Numbered from the stretch's first letter, positions 38,585 through 48,544 are shown. The stretch: 64,000 nt of DNA from Gammaproteobacteria bacterium (GCA_030431095.1 JAUIJU010000002.1:22092-86091); one strand, 5' to 3'. The notes: generated by a model from the sequence alone, not told the origin. A program made the numbers and translations.

Positions 38585-39787
38585 ATGATCCAGGACATCA
38601 CCCTTCCCTCCTTCGGTTCCTCGGTGGGCGAAGCCACCGTGGTGGAATGGCTGGTCGAGCCCGGCAGCGCGGTGTCGGCCGGACAGCTCATCGCGGAGAT
38701 CGAAACCGACAAGGCCATGGCCGAGCTCGAAGCGCCGGCTGACGGCGTGATCGAATCGATCGAAGTGGCAGCCGGCAGCGAGGGGGTCGAAGTGGGTTCG
38801 GTGCTGGCGCGCCTGCGCACGGCGGGTGAAGCCGAGCCGCCGACGGAAGAGACGGCCACCACGCCGGCGCCGCCGGAACGACCGGAATCGCCCGCACCCG
38901 GCGCCCTGGCATCGCAGGTACAGACCCCGCCCGCGGTCCACGCGGACAGCGAGCGGACCCTGGCCTCCCCGTACGCCCGGAAGCTGGCCCGGGAAAACGA
39001 TCTCGAGCTGGCCGGCCTGCCCGGCTCGGGCCCGGGCGGACGCATCGTGAGCCGGGACCTGGAAGAGCTGGCTTCGACCGCCGCGCCCACCGACGTCCTG
39101 GCGCAATACGGTTTTGCACCGGACAGCTACCGGCTCGAACCCCTGAGCCGCATGCGGCGCGCCATCGCGCAGGGACTGACCCAAAGCAACCGGGACATTC
39201 CCCATTTCTCGCTGACCGTGGACCTGGACCTTGCCGCCGTGCTGGCCCACCGCGCGGCCTGGCCGGGCGACAAGCCGCCCAGCATCAACGACTACCTGCT
39301 GTGGGCCTGCGCACGCGCCCTGCTGGATGTGCCGGCCGCCAACACCTCCTGGACCGAAGATGGCATCGCCTGGCATGCGCAGGCCAACGTGGCGGTTGCC
39401 GTGGCCCTGGAAGATGGCCTGGTGACACCGGTCATCCACGACGCGGGTTCGCTGACGCTGGAAGCCATGGCGCTGGCCAGCCGCGATGCCGTGAACAAGG
39501 CGCGGTCCGGAGCCCTGAAAACCCGGGACCTGCAGGGCGCCACCTTCACCGTGTCCAACCTGGGGATGATGGGCATCCGTTCCTTCAATTCCATCCTGAG
39601 CGCGCCGCAGTCCTGCATCCTGTCGGTGGGCGTGGCGGAAGAACGTGCGGTGGTGCGCGGAGGCGAACTGGCTGTCGCCACCCAGGTGACGGTCACCCTG
39701 ACCTGTGATCACCGGGCGGTGGACGGCGCCGTGGGTGCGCGCTACCTGCAGGCCCTGGCGGCGCGACTGGACGCGCCCGGCGACTGA
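38585..39787 (+). CDS. Dihydrolipoamide acyltransferase (E2)
   Basis: Lipoyl motif ETDKA, E3-binding ASPYARKLA..GSGPGGRI, catalytic DHRAVDG. Confidence 0.92.
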   Translation: MIQDITLPSFGSSVGEATVVEWLVEPGSAVSAGQLIAEIETDKAMAELEAPADGVIESIEVAAGSEGVEVGSVLARLRTAGEAEPPTEETATTPAPPERPESPAPGALASQVQTPPAVHADSERTLASPYARKLARENDLELAGLPGSGPGGRIVSRDLEELASTAAPTDVLAQYGFAPDSYRLEPLSRMRRAIAQGLTQSNRDIPHFSLTVDLDLAAVLAHRAAWPGDKPPSINDYLLWACARALLDVPAANTSWTEDGIAWHAQANVAVAVALEDGLVTPVIHDAGSLTLEAMALASRDAVNKARSGALKTRDLQGATFTVSNLGMMGIRSFNSILSAPQSCILSVGVAEERAVVRGGELAVATQVTVTLTCDHRAVDGAVGARYLQALAARLDAPGD

Positions 39788-39852
39788 TCGAGACGCCGGG
39801 GTCCGTTGCAGGACCCGGATGCGTCATTCAGGGTGCAAGGGTGCGACCCCGA

Positions 39853-40545
39853 TCAGCCCCCGTCCGCGCCGACCCCGTCGAACAGCTCGGGATGGCGCAC
39901 CAGTTGCTGCCGGGTGCGACGGATGTGCATGGTCAGAACGTTCCCGGCGTCCACCGTGTCGCGCCGCCGAATGGCTTCCATCAGCAATCGGTGTTCGGCA
40001 TTGATGATCCAGTTGCCCTGCTGCCACACCATCTTGGTGTAGGCCCTGCGGTAGTGCTGCGTGGTGTTCCAGAAGCGCTCCACCAGGGCCTTGAGCTGGG
40101 GCATGGGCGCTGCCGCGTAGCTCGACAGGTGAAAGGCGCGGTCCAGCTTGAGAAACACATCGCTGTCGCGTGTTGCCTCCATTTCCGCGACCTGCTCGTC
40201 CAGGCCAGACACGTCCTCGTCGCTCATGTGCGGAATGGATTCTGACAGCGCCAGCGGCTCGACCAGTTCACGGATCTTGTAGATCTCGGCGAACTCGTCC
40301 AGCTCCAGCCGCGCCACCCGGGCGCTGGAATTGGGCGTGAGCAGCACCAGGCCCTCGCTTTCCAGCTGGCGTAGGGCGTCACGCACGGGGATGCGGCTGG
40401 TGCCGAAGCGCTGGGCCAGGGCGTCCTGGCCAATGCGGATGCCCGGCGGCAGTTCGCCCGAGAGAATCAGGTCGCGGATGCCGCTGGTCACCTGTTGACC
40501 GAGCGGAACGCTTTTGCCCATTTCCGCCGCTTCCTGCCTTGCCAT
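39853..40545 (-). CDS. GntR-family regulator with FCD domain
   Basis: LAQRFGTSRIPVRDAL wHTH; DRAFH..EH FCD motifs. Confidence 0.9.
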   Translation of the reverse strand: MARQEAAEMGKSVPLGQQVTSGIRDLILSGELPPGIRIGQDALAQRFGTSRIPVRDALRQLESEGLVLLTPNSSARVARLELDEFAEIYKIRELVEPLALSESIPHMSDEDVSGLDEQVAEMEATRDSDVFLKLDRAFHLSSYAAAPMPQLKALVERFWNTTQHYRRAYTKMVWQQGNWIINAEHRLLMEAIRRRDTVDAGNVLTMHIRRTRQQLVRHPELFDGVGADGG

Positions 40546-40621
40546 GCGTATTGTCTCCTTGCCGATCTTGCGTGTTGTCCGGGTTTCGGCTCGTGCAACG
40601 AGCCAGCGGCAAACGCCGCGT

Positions 40622-42034
40622 TCAGACCTGGCCGCGCACCCGCTCGATGGTTTCCCGAGGCAGGGTCAGGGCCGAGGCGAAGTAGTGCAGCGCGCCCCAG
40701 AGGTAGAAACCCAGGGTGACCAGAATACCGTATCGGGTGCCTTCGGCCACCGCCGCCCGGCACTGCGCATCCAGCGCGGCCCCACCGCCTTCGGCGCCAA
40801 TGCCGCCCGGGCACAACTCGACGAAGCTCCCCGTGGCGGCCACGGTGGCCTGGGCGTGAAACAGCCATTCGCTGAAGTTGTCGATCATCCAGCCCGACAG
40901 GGGCGGCCCGACGCCCAGGCCGAGCAGGTTGACGATGAACAGCAGCAGCGCCGCCGAGGTGGCCCGCATGGGTCCAGGCATGGCGTTCTGGATCAGGGCG
41001 AAGGTCGGCCCCGAGTACATGAAATGAAACACCCCGGGCAGGAACAGCAGCCAGGCGGCCGCCGTCCAGCTGGTGCTGGTGTAGACCAGCACGTAGAGCG
41101 GCAGCGCGACGGCCGCGCCGATGCCGGGCACCAGTGCGTACCAGCGGGGATTCCTGCGCCCCCGGCGATCGGCCAGCCAGCCGCCCAGCAAAGTACCCAG
41201 GGCGCAGCTGAGACCGCCCACCAGGCCGAACACCAGGCCCACGGCCGTGTAGCTCACGCCGAATGCGCGGATGAAATACGCCTGCGCGTAGGTCGAAGTG
41301 CCGTAAGCGGCCAGCGACACCAGGGTGCAGCCCACCACCAGGTGGAGCAGCCCCCAGTTGCCGAACAGGCCGCGAACCACCGTGAACAGCGAGGGCGTGT
41401 CCACGGCGGATGATGCGCCCGCCAGGTGACGCTCGGACCAGCCCCGGGGCGGCTCCTTCACGAACAGCTTGATGGCCAGGGCCACGGCCAGTCCCGGCAG
41501 ACCGACGATCAGGAAGGCGATGCGCCAGGAGAAATGGTCCGCCAGCCAGCCCCCGGCCGCTGCACCGAACATCACCCCCAGGGGGATGCCCAGGGCGTAG
41601 ATGGACAGCGCAAAGCCACGTTTGGCCGGCGCGTAATAGTCCGAAACCAGGGAATGCGCCGGCGGTGACAGGCCGGCCTCTCCCACCCCGACGCCCATGC
41701 GCATCACCAGCAGCTGCAGGTAACTTCCGGCCAGGCCGCAGGCGGCGGTGAACGCCGACCACAGCGCCACCGCCGCGGCGATGATGTTCACCCGCTTGCC
41801 ACGGTCGGCCCAGCGGGCGATGGGGATACCGAGCACCGTGTAGAACACCGCGAAGGCCAGGCCGCCCAGCAGGCCCAGCTGCGTGTCCGTCAGTTGCAGG
41901 TCTTCCTTGATGGCCTGGCCGATGGTGTAAATGATCGTGCGGTCGATGAAATTGAAGGTATAGGCCAGCACCAGCAGGCCGAGGACGCCGCTGCGGTAGC
42001 GCTGTGAATAGTCGGGATCTCGGATCTCAGGCAT
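40622..42034 (-). CDS. MFS transporter (spinster-like)
   Basis: FNFIDR, DTQLGLL, RMGVGVGEA..PPAHSLVSDYY. Confidence 0.9.
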   Translation of the reverse strand: MPEIRDPDYSQRYRSGVLGLLVLAYTFNFIDRTIIYTIGQAIKEDLQLTDTQLGLLGGLAFAVFYTVLGIPIARWADRGKRVNIIAAAVALWSAFTAACGLAGSYLQLLVMRMGVGVGEAGLSPPAHSLVSDYYAPAKRGFALSIYALGIPLGVMFGAAAGGWLADHFSWRIAFLIVGLPGLAVALAIKLFVKEPPRGWSERHLAGASSAVDTPSLFTVVRGLFGNWGLLHLVVGCTLVSLAAYGTSTYAQAYFIRAFGVSYTAVGLVFGLVGGLSCALGTLLGGWLADRRGRRNPRWYALVPGIGAAVALPLYVLVYTSTSWTAAAWLLFLPGVFHFMYSGPTFALIQNAMPGPMRATSAALLLFIVNLLGLGVGPPLSGWMIDNFSEWLFHAQATVAATGSFVELCPGGIGAEGGGAALDAQCRAAVAEGTRYGILVTLGFYLWGALHYFASALTLPRETIERVRGQV

Positions 42035-42035
42035 T

Positions 42036-42106
42036 TTGTATCCAATCAGTCATTATTCGCCCGTCAAGCGGGCCAACTCTACCGGATTGGCTGAGATTTG
42101 GATACA
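42036..42106. promoter_or_regulatory. Second pair of candidate GntR operator boxes
   Basis: TTGTATCCAA (42036) and inverted TTGGATACA (42098) upstream of the MFS-GntR unit. Confidence 0.6.
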
Positions 42107-42183
42107 TGGAACATGTAGTTCCCCGGCCGTACCCGTTGTGTGCAAGCACTGCCCAATCTGGCCGGCTATCGCGGCGGCCCGGT

Positions 42184-42978
42184 TCAGCGAGCGCCGGAAT
42201 CGAGAAAATCGCTGACCAGGCGAACCGTCAGTCCGGGCTGATCGGTGGTGAACACGTGGCTGGCATCGTCCAGCAGTTGCAGCCGGGCGCCGGGAATGTG
42301 CTTCGCCAGCAGTTCCCCGTTGGCCGGCGGCACCAGGCGGTCATTGCGGCCATGCAGGATCAGCGTGGGCGTGTGGAGTTGATCGAGTCGATCATGGGAC
42401 GACCAGCGACCAACCGCCTCGATCTGCGCCAGGTAGGTCTCCGCCTCGGGCCAGTTCGCCAGCCGCACCGCCATGTCGGCTTCGATGCGTTCACGGGGCG
42501 TGGCGCTGTCGTAAATGTAGGGAATCATCGCCCGCACCCCTTCTTCCGGTGGCATGTGCGCCCGGGCCATGAGTACGTCCAGCACTTCCTGGTCGGCGAA
42601 CACCGAGCCTTCTCCCAGGCTGGCGGTGCAACCCAGGACCAGGGAGTCCACCCGGTCCGGGTGAGACAAGGCCAGCTCCTGGGCGATGTACCCCCCCATG
42701 GAGATGCCGAACACGTGCGCCGAGCCCTCTCCGGCCGCATCCAGCACGGCGGCGGCGTCCGCCGCCATGTCCGAAATGTCGATCGCCCCTCGAGCCGAAC
42801 CGCTGCGGCCAATCCCCCGATTGTCGAATACGATCACGCGGAAGCGCCCGGCCAGCGCCTCCTCGACGTGCTGCCACATGTCAGAGGAGTACCCGAGGCC
42901 CATGATGAGCAGCAACGGCTCGCCGCTGCCGCGGCTGCGCCAGAAAAGCGGCGTGTCTCGGTGGTGGGTCATGGGCAT
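42184..42978 (-). CDS. Alpha/beta hydrolase
   Basis: DNRGIGRS, GISMGG nucleophile elbow, HGRNDRLVP, ASH. Confidence 0.9.
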   Translation of the reverse strand: MPMTHHRDTPLFWRSRGSGEPLLLIMGLGYSSDMWQHVEEALAGRFRVIVFDNRGIGRSGSARGAIDISDMAADAAAVLDAAGEGSAHVFGISMGGYIAQELALSHPDRVDSLVLGCTASLGEGSVFADQEVLDVLMARAHMPPEEGVRAMIPYIYDSATPRERIEADMAVRLANWPEAETYLAQIEAVGRWSSHDRLDQLHTPTLILHGRNDRLVPPANGELLAKHIPGARLQLLDDASHVFTTDQPGLTVRLVSDFLDSGAR

Positions 42979-43035
42979 GATCAGGAAGTGTTTGTCGTCA
43001 TGGTTGAATGGAACGGTTGTGGTCTGTCGGCCACG

Positions 43036-44706
43036 CTAGGGCATCGACCTGCGCCGGGCAGAACACAGGAGCAAGGGGCGGCGAAATCGATTCCTGATGA
43101 CCTCGCAGGCGGACTCCTCGAACGCCAACCCGTGAAATTCCGCATCATCTCGCGCGATGCCCGCTTCACCCTCGGCGTAAAGAACATAGAACCGTCCCGA
43201 ATGCCCCGAGATCGCTTCCGTCATTGTACGACCCAGCCCGTTGTCGTAAGCCTGTGCCAGGCTCTGGTAGCCCTGGTCGTACCGAATGTTGCCACCAGTC
43301 CGTACGAAACGCGCTGAAGCAGGCGCGGAGGGCACCAGGAAGGACATGGCCTCGCCACCGGCAACGATGACCAGCGCACCGTCCAGCGGCATGCCGGCAG
43401 GCCAGCTGACCTCGAATGGAGTGTCCGCCCAGGCGCGCCGGGGTCCCCATGGGTACGGCTTGCTCCAGCTGGGCACCGCGGAGGCGATCATGGCGATGAT
43501 CAGCACGCCAAGCCAAGCGCTGCGCGCCTTGCCCCAATGGCCGTACAGCCCCAGGGCCGCCAGCAGGAGCACGGGAACCAGTAGCTCCAGGACCATGACG
43601 TAGCGAACGACGGGAAACACCGTCAGCCAGAGCCCGTAGGCCACTGCGCTGAACACCAGCAACACGGATGCGCCGAGCACCGGTTGCGACGAAGCGCTCC
43701 AGCCGCGCCTGGTCGACAGCCACGCGAAAACCGGAATGGCCAGCAATGCCAGGGCCATCCGCAGGTCACCGAACTGCTGGCGTGAGATGGACGTGCCAAA
43801 CGGGTTGTAGAACCACGGATACAACACGGCGTGCAACATCGTGGGTGGATCGAACCGGTTGTCCGTGTAGGCGCCCTGCCCCACGAAATCCGAAGCGAAC
43901 AGGTTATTGAACTGGGGAAAGAAGGGATTGCCCAGTTCTGCCCACAGCTTCATGCCCCAGGGTCCGTAACTGAGCAGAAACCCGAACAGGCCGCCGATCC
44001 CCACGAAAACGACGGCTGGACCGCGATCCCGGTACGCCCGGGAGAGCGGCAGGGCGGCGCAGGCGCCCGCCACCAGGTACGGGGCATTGGTCAGCTTGAG
44101 GCCCGTCGCCACGCCCAGTATCAGGCCCGCCGTCACCAGGCAACCCGATACGGCGTCCAGGCGGGCGTTGCCCCGGTCCTGTCGGGCTGTCATGCCGAAT
44201 ACCAGCAAGGCGACGCCCGCGAGCACCAGGGTGGCGGTCAGGCTGTCACCAAAACTGGTGCCCACCTGGGCCAGGTGACCCGGTGCGACCATGGCCACGA
44301 CGGTCAGCAGTTGCGCGACCCAGGGCGCGGTTCGATTCGTCGCGCCGACTTCACTCGCCAGTCTCCAGGCCAGCAGGAACAGGAACGGCGCCTTCAGGCC
44401 CTGCACGACGGCAATCGCGGCGCCGGCGTCCCTCATGCCGAACCGCTCGCTCAACCAAAACAACGGCACGTCGAGATAGGGGCTGAAAAACGACTGCCTC
44501 TGGGCTGGCTGTATATCGACGGCCCAGCGGTCGTGGAGCCAGGCGAAGGGGTTGTAGTAGTGGTAGTTGAGCAGGTCCCAGTTCATGTCCTGCCCGGCCA
44601 TTCCGGACAGCGCCACGAATCCCCCCGCCCAGGCGAGGGCATTCAGCGCCAGGAACCACGACACCCGCCGGTCGATGCGGTTTGAGCGTCGTTGGTCGTC
44701 TTTCAT
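43036..44706 (-). CDS. Polytopic membrane protein, GT-C glycosyltransferase-like
   Basis: QDMNWDLLNYHYY loop after TM1, GLKLTN, GNPFFPQFN, many TM segments. Confidence 0.65.
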   Translation of the reverse strand: MKDDQRRSNRIDRRVSWFLALNALAWAGGFVALSGMAGQDMNWDLLNYHYYNPFAWLHDRWAVDIQPAQRQSFFSPYLDVPLFWLSERFGMRDAGAAIAVVQGLKAPFLFLLAWRLASEVGATNRTAPWVAQLLTVVAMVAPGHLAQVGTSFGDSLTATLVLAGVALLVFGMTARQDRGNARLDAVSGCLVTAGLILGVATGLKLTNAPYLVAGACAALPLSRAYRDRGPAVVFVGIGGLFGFLLSYGPWGMKLWAELGNPFFPQFNNLFASDFVGQGAYTDNRFDPPTMLHAVLYPWFYNPFGTSISRQQFGDLRMALALLAIPVFAWLSTRRGWSASSQPVLGASVLLVFSAVAYGLWLTVFPVVRYVMVLELLVPVLLLAALGLYGHWGKARSAWLGVLIIAMIASAVPSWSKPYPWGPRRAWADTPFEVSWPAGMPLDGALVIVAGGEAMSFLVPSAPASARFVRTGGNIRYDQGYQSLAQAYDNGLGRTMTEAISGHSGRFYVLYAEGEAGIARDDAEFHGLAFEESACEVIRNRFRRPLLLCSARRRSMP

Positions 44707-44734
44707 TGGTGGCAACAGATCAACGGATTGCCGT

Positions 44735-44971
44735 TCAGGAGGATTCGACCGTGAAACGGTCCGCCAGATCCGCGACTGCGCGGCAGATTTCACCGGCCGC
44801 CACGCCAAAAATCGGCCAGGCCCAGCGCGGCTCCAGGGGCTGCAGACCGAACTGCCAGATCGACAGGAGGTAGCCGGGAACGATGAGCAGGAGCAGAATG
44901 AGGGAAAAGACGGTCAGGAACCGTCCGGTCAATCGAAGCAGCAAGTAGCGGCCTGGTGTGCGTGAGCGCAT
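44735..44971 (-). CDS. Small membrane protein
   Basis: 78 aa with 2 hydrophobic segments, GAGAGA upstream, co-oriented with the GT-C-like gene. Confidence 0.5.
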   Translation of the reverse strand: MRSRTPGRYLLLRLTGRFLTVFSLILLLLIVPGYLLSIWQFGLQPLEPRWAWPIFGVAAGEICRAVADLADRFTVESS

Positions 44972-45035
44972 TCGGGGTGTCTCTCGAGTTCTTCTGGATG
45001 GTTACCCCCCTTCCCTTCGATCAAGCGGGCACATG

Positions 45036-46094
45036 CTAACCAATCGGTGGGAAGGCGACAATGCGCCTCGTTGACTGATCCGCTCCCGAATGTGCTGTCA
45101 AATGTCGACGATACTGACGGGGGGACATCCCTGTATTGCTGCGAAATGCGCGGGCAAAGTTTGCTGGGGTGGAATAAAACAGTTCAGCTGAAATGTGGGC
45201 AATCGTTAAATCGGGTTCCTGTAACAATTCTTTCGCCCGAAGGAGTTTTACGCTCTGCGCGAGCTCGCGAAACGTGATGCCACGACGTTCCAGTTGACGC
45301 TGCAGCGTTCGCGGCCCGAAACCCAATTGTCGCGCTGTGCTGTCCAGGTCGGGCTGCTGATCGAGGATCTGTACCCGTGTGATCGACTGCACCACTTCGA
45401 CCAATCCACGTGGAGACCGCCCCCTACGATCACGATGAACATCCGCCAAAGACGGTGAGCCCCTGTTGATTTGCCGACGAAACTTCAGGCAGTGCGCGGG
45501 TACGGGAAATGCAACGGCATCGGCACCGAGCCTTACCTGTGACTGGAACGCCTGTTCGAGCGCCGAACATCCCCGCCGCTTCTGAATATTCAGCTCAATC
45601 CACCCTGGATGCCAGGATTGACCGATGTAGGCACGCACGAGACTCAGCATGACGGCCACTGCGACAAAAGCCACGTTTTCGTACGTGCGGCCAAAGGACT
45701 CAGCGAAACGGTAGATGAACCGGATGTCCTGACCCTGTGGCACGAAACGCAGCGAGTCGAACGTGCTGTGATAACAAAGAGCGGATCGGGCCCGGTTCAT
45801 AGAGTCCCCGAGCGTGGGCGCCGAGAGCACGTAGTTTCCCCAGAGCCCGTAGTCGAGAATGGACAGTTCAGGCGCGGCAATCAAGCCCAGGTCGCGCTCA
45901 CCCAGTTCGCGGCTGCCTTCTGCGACAAACGACTTGAGTGAAGCCTGCGGGATGAAATGGTTCTTGTCGTAACGCAGGCACGGCGAAAGATCACTTCGTG
46001 AAAACACCCGGTTCAATGCACGTTCGCCGCATTCCTGCGCCAGCAATTCCGGCATTTGACCCAGGGTCAGGGCCGTAATCATGGCGACTGACAT
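45036..46094 (-). CDS. AraC-family transcriptional regulator
   Basis: RTLQRQL, FYSTPANFARAFRSNTGMSPRQYR HTH; N-terminal YGLWG..LSAPTL ligand domain; start uncertain. Confidence 0.88.
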   Translation of the reverse strand: MSVAMITALTLGQMPELLAQECGERALNRVFSRSDLSPCLRYDKNHFIPQASLKSFVAEGSRELGERDLGLIAAPELSILDYGLWGNYVLSAPTLGDSMNRARSALCYHSTFDSLRFVPQGQDIRFIYRFAESFGRTYENVAFVAVAVMLSLVRAYIGQSWHPGWIELNIQKRRGCSALEQAFQSQVRLGADAVAFPVPAHCLKFRRQINRGSPSLADVHRDRRGRSPRGLVEVVQSITRVQILDQQPDLDSTARQLGFGPRTLQRQLERRGITFRELAQSVKLLRAKELLQEPDLTIAHISAELFYSTPANFARAFRSNTGMSPRQYRRHLTAHSGADQSTRRIVAFPPIG

Positions 46095-46195
46095 GGCATG
46101 AATCCACAACGATCCTGCGGTGAGTATGTCGTAAAATGAGTGGAATTGTTTACGAGGGTGATTGAACGTGTTCTCTTTGAACAGGAGAATCACCC

Positions 46196-47218
46196 ATGTC
46201 GAAATCAAGATTCCTGGCGCTCGCCTGCGTCCTCGCTTGCCTTACAGGCAAGCCAATTCTGGCGGATGAGTCCGAAGTACCCGTCAATGTCCTGAATTTC
46301 GTCAGGGCGGAAAGCGATCACCAGTTCAGTGGCTACGCGGCAAAGGCCGGAGGCGTTGGCAGGTTGATGCATCTCCGTGAGCCGTATTCCCTGGAAGACC
46401 AGACAACCATCCGGGTCAATCGTGACACCTTGTACTCCATCGGCGTGTTCGACCTGACGGTACCGGTGACGGTCGTTAAACCGCCATCTCCGGATCGCTT
46501 CCAATCGATGATGACCATAAACCAGAACCACTCGATCCCACCTACCGAACATGGTGCGGGGACGTTTACGTTCACTCAGGACTTGATTGGCACACGCTAC
46601 GTTCTCGTGCTGTTTCGGACTTTCGCCGATCCCGATGATACGGAAGATCTTCGGGCCGCCCACGCTCTGCAGGATCAAATTGTCGTCAAACAGGAGGCCT
46701 CCGGCGCCCTGGCATTGCCTCATTGGGACGAGCATTCGCTCAACCTGACCCGTCGGCAGGTCAATGCGCTCACCGTTGGCCTCAGCGATACGTCTGACTG
46801 GTTCGGCGAAGTCGGTAAAGTGGATCCGATCAAGCACCTGCTGGGCACTGCCTGGGGTTGGGGAGCCAACACCCGGGACGCAGCCATGTATTTCGGATTC
46901 ACACCGGATCGCAACGACGGGAAGACACCCCATGTCCTGAAAGTGCCTGCTGAGGTCCCCGTCGATGGGTTCTGGTCGGTGACGGTTTATAACGCAGATG
47001 GATTCATCGACATCAACGAACTGAATGCCTATTCATTCAACAGCATTACCGCGGAACCGAACGCTGACGGAAGCGTGAGCATTCACTTCGGCGGCGACCC
47101 CACCGAACCCAATTACCTGCCGATCATGAATGGCTGGAACTACCTTGTGCGCCTGTATCAGCCGAAAGCCGACTTGCTGGAAGGAAACTGGAAGTTCCCC
47201 GAAGCGACAATCGATTAA
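46196..47218 (+). CDS. Exported DUF1254/DUF1214-like protein
   Basis: Signal peptide; IRVNRDTLYS, PVDGFWSVTVY, WNYLVRLY motifs. Confidence 0.8.
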   Translation: MSKSRFLALACVLACLTGKPILADESEVPVNVLNFVRAESDHQFSGYAAKAGGVGRLMHLREPYSLEDQTTIRVNRDTLYSIGVFDLTVPVTVVKPPSPDRFQSMMTINQNHSIPPTEHGAGTFTFTQDLIGTRYVLVLFRTFADPDDTEDLRAAHALQDQIVVKQEASGALALPHWDEHSLNLTRRQVNALTVGLSDTSDWFGEVGKVDPIKHLLGTAWGWGANTRDAAMYFGFTPDRNDGKTPHVLKVPAEVPVDGFWSVTVYNADGFIDINELNAYSFNSITAEPNADGSVSIHFGGDPTEPNYLPIMNGWNYLVRLYQPKADLLEGNWKFPEATID

Positions 47219-47483
47219 AACTGAGCCGGCCGGGGGCGATGCATCGCGGAGAAAGGAAGCTCACCGGATTTCGACCAGATGAACTCGCGTTGCTGCATTG
47301 AAACGTGATGTCACCGGTACACTGGCAAACGTCGTTCAATGGATTCCAGACTTCATTCAAGTGCAAGTGTCTCCCGCAGGTTCAATGTGGCAGGATAGCG
47401 AATGTGCCAGGCTCCGCAGCCTCCGGTCGACCGGGTACTCAACGGATCGACGACCTGAACCATGCGACTTTCAGACATTCCTC

Positions 47484-48389
47484 ATGATGAAAAGACTCAT
47501 CGCCGCTGCCCTGCTAGTGTTCAGCTGCATGGGCGCTGCCAGAGCCGCAGTCACCGACTGGACCGATTTTAAGCTCGATAGCGGCCACATCAGTTTTTCC
47601 GGCAAGGTGATGGACGAGGACGTCGAAATCATCATCGACTCCGGTGCCGGTATCAACGGTATTTCCTTGTCGCTCGTCATGAACCTTGAAGACCGGCTGC
47701 ATCATTCGGAGCAAGCCACAATCCAGGGTGTCTTCGGCACTGAGCGGAAGAACGTCTACAACCAGGTACCCGTGGAATTGTTCGGTGTCGAGACGCGAAT
47801 CGACAGGCTCGCGGAGTTTCGCTCTTTTAACGACCTCATTATCCTTGGGCTCGGGTTCTTCGATCAGTTCATCGTACAACTGGATTATCCGAACCGGCGG
47901 ATGCGCCTCATTGGTCGTGACAGCATCGACCTGGCGGAATTCGACAATGTTCCCATTGATCGTCAACGAGACTCCGGGCTGCCGGTAGTGAGGGTTACGC
48001 TTCCAGGTGATATCGATGCCTGGCTGACGTTCGACACGGGCAACTCGGGTGGGATCATCATGGATCGGGCCATGGCCCTGGAGAACGGATGGCTCGATGA
48101 GCCTGGGGAAGCCGGCGTGTCCATGGGAGTCAACCGCACGGCAACCACTGAACAGTTCAGCCTGACGACGCTGAAAATCGGCCCTTACGAACTGGAAAAC
48201 GTCCGTGCCAGTGTGCCTGGAGAGGGTCAGAATCTGCGCATCAGCGACGGGGTTGCCTCAGGCGGGATTCGCGGTGCCCGACGCGGACGACGCAGCGAGG
48301 GGATTCTTGGCTACGACGTGCTCCAGCACTTCGTGGTCACCATCGATTTCCGGAACAATTTGTTGCATCTCGGGCTTCCGGATGAGTGA
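47484..48389 (+). CDS. Exported aspartyl protease with two retropepsin-like domains
   Basis: Signal peptide; IIDSGA..ILGLGF and FDTGN..GILGYD motifs. Confidence 0.82.
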   Translation: MMKRLIAAALLVFSCMGAARAAVTDWTDFKLDSGHISFSGKVMDEDVEIIIDSGAGINGISLSLVMNLEDRLHHSEQATIQGVFGTERKNVYNQVPVELFGVETRIDRLAEFRSFNDLIILGLGFFDQFIVQLDYPNRRMRLIGRDSIDLAEFDNVPIDRQRDSGLPVVRVTLPGDIDAWLTFDTGNSGGIIMDRAMALENGWLDEPGEAGVSMGVNRTATTEQFSLTTLKIGPYELENVRASVPGEGQNLRISDGVASGGIRGARRGRRSEGILGYDVLQHFVVTIDFRNNLLHLGLPDE

Positions 48390-48544
48390 GCGTCTCCATT
48401 GCCTGGTCCTTGCCGCGTCAGCAGCAAAGTGATCGCATGAATTTCGAGCGTCTTCATTCGCCGGGTCGAGCCAGTGGGGCGCGGACCCGAAACCCTCTTG
48501 CTGAATGCGGTTTGAGGTCCGCCCGGAATGGTTGGAAGGAAAAA

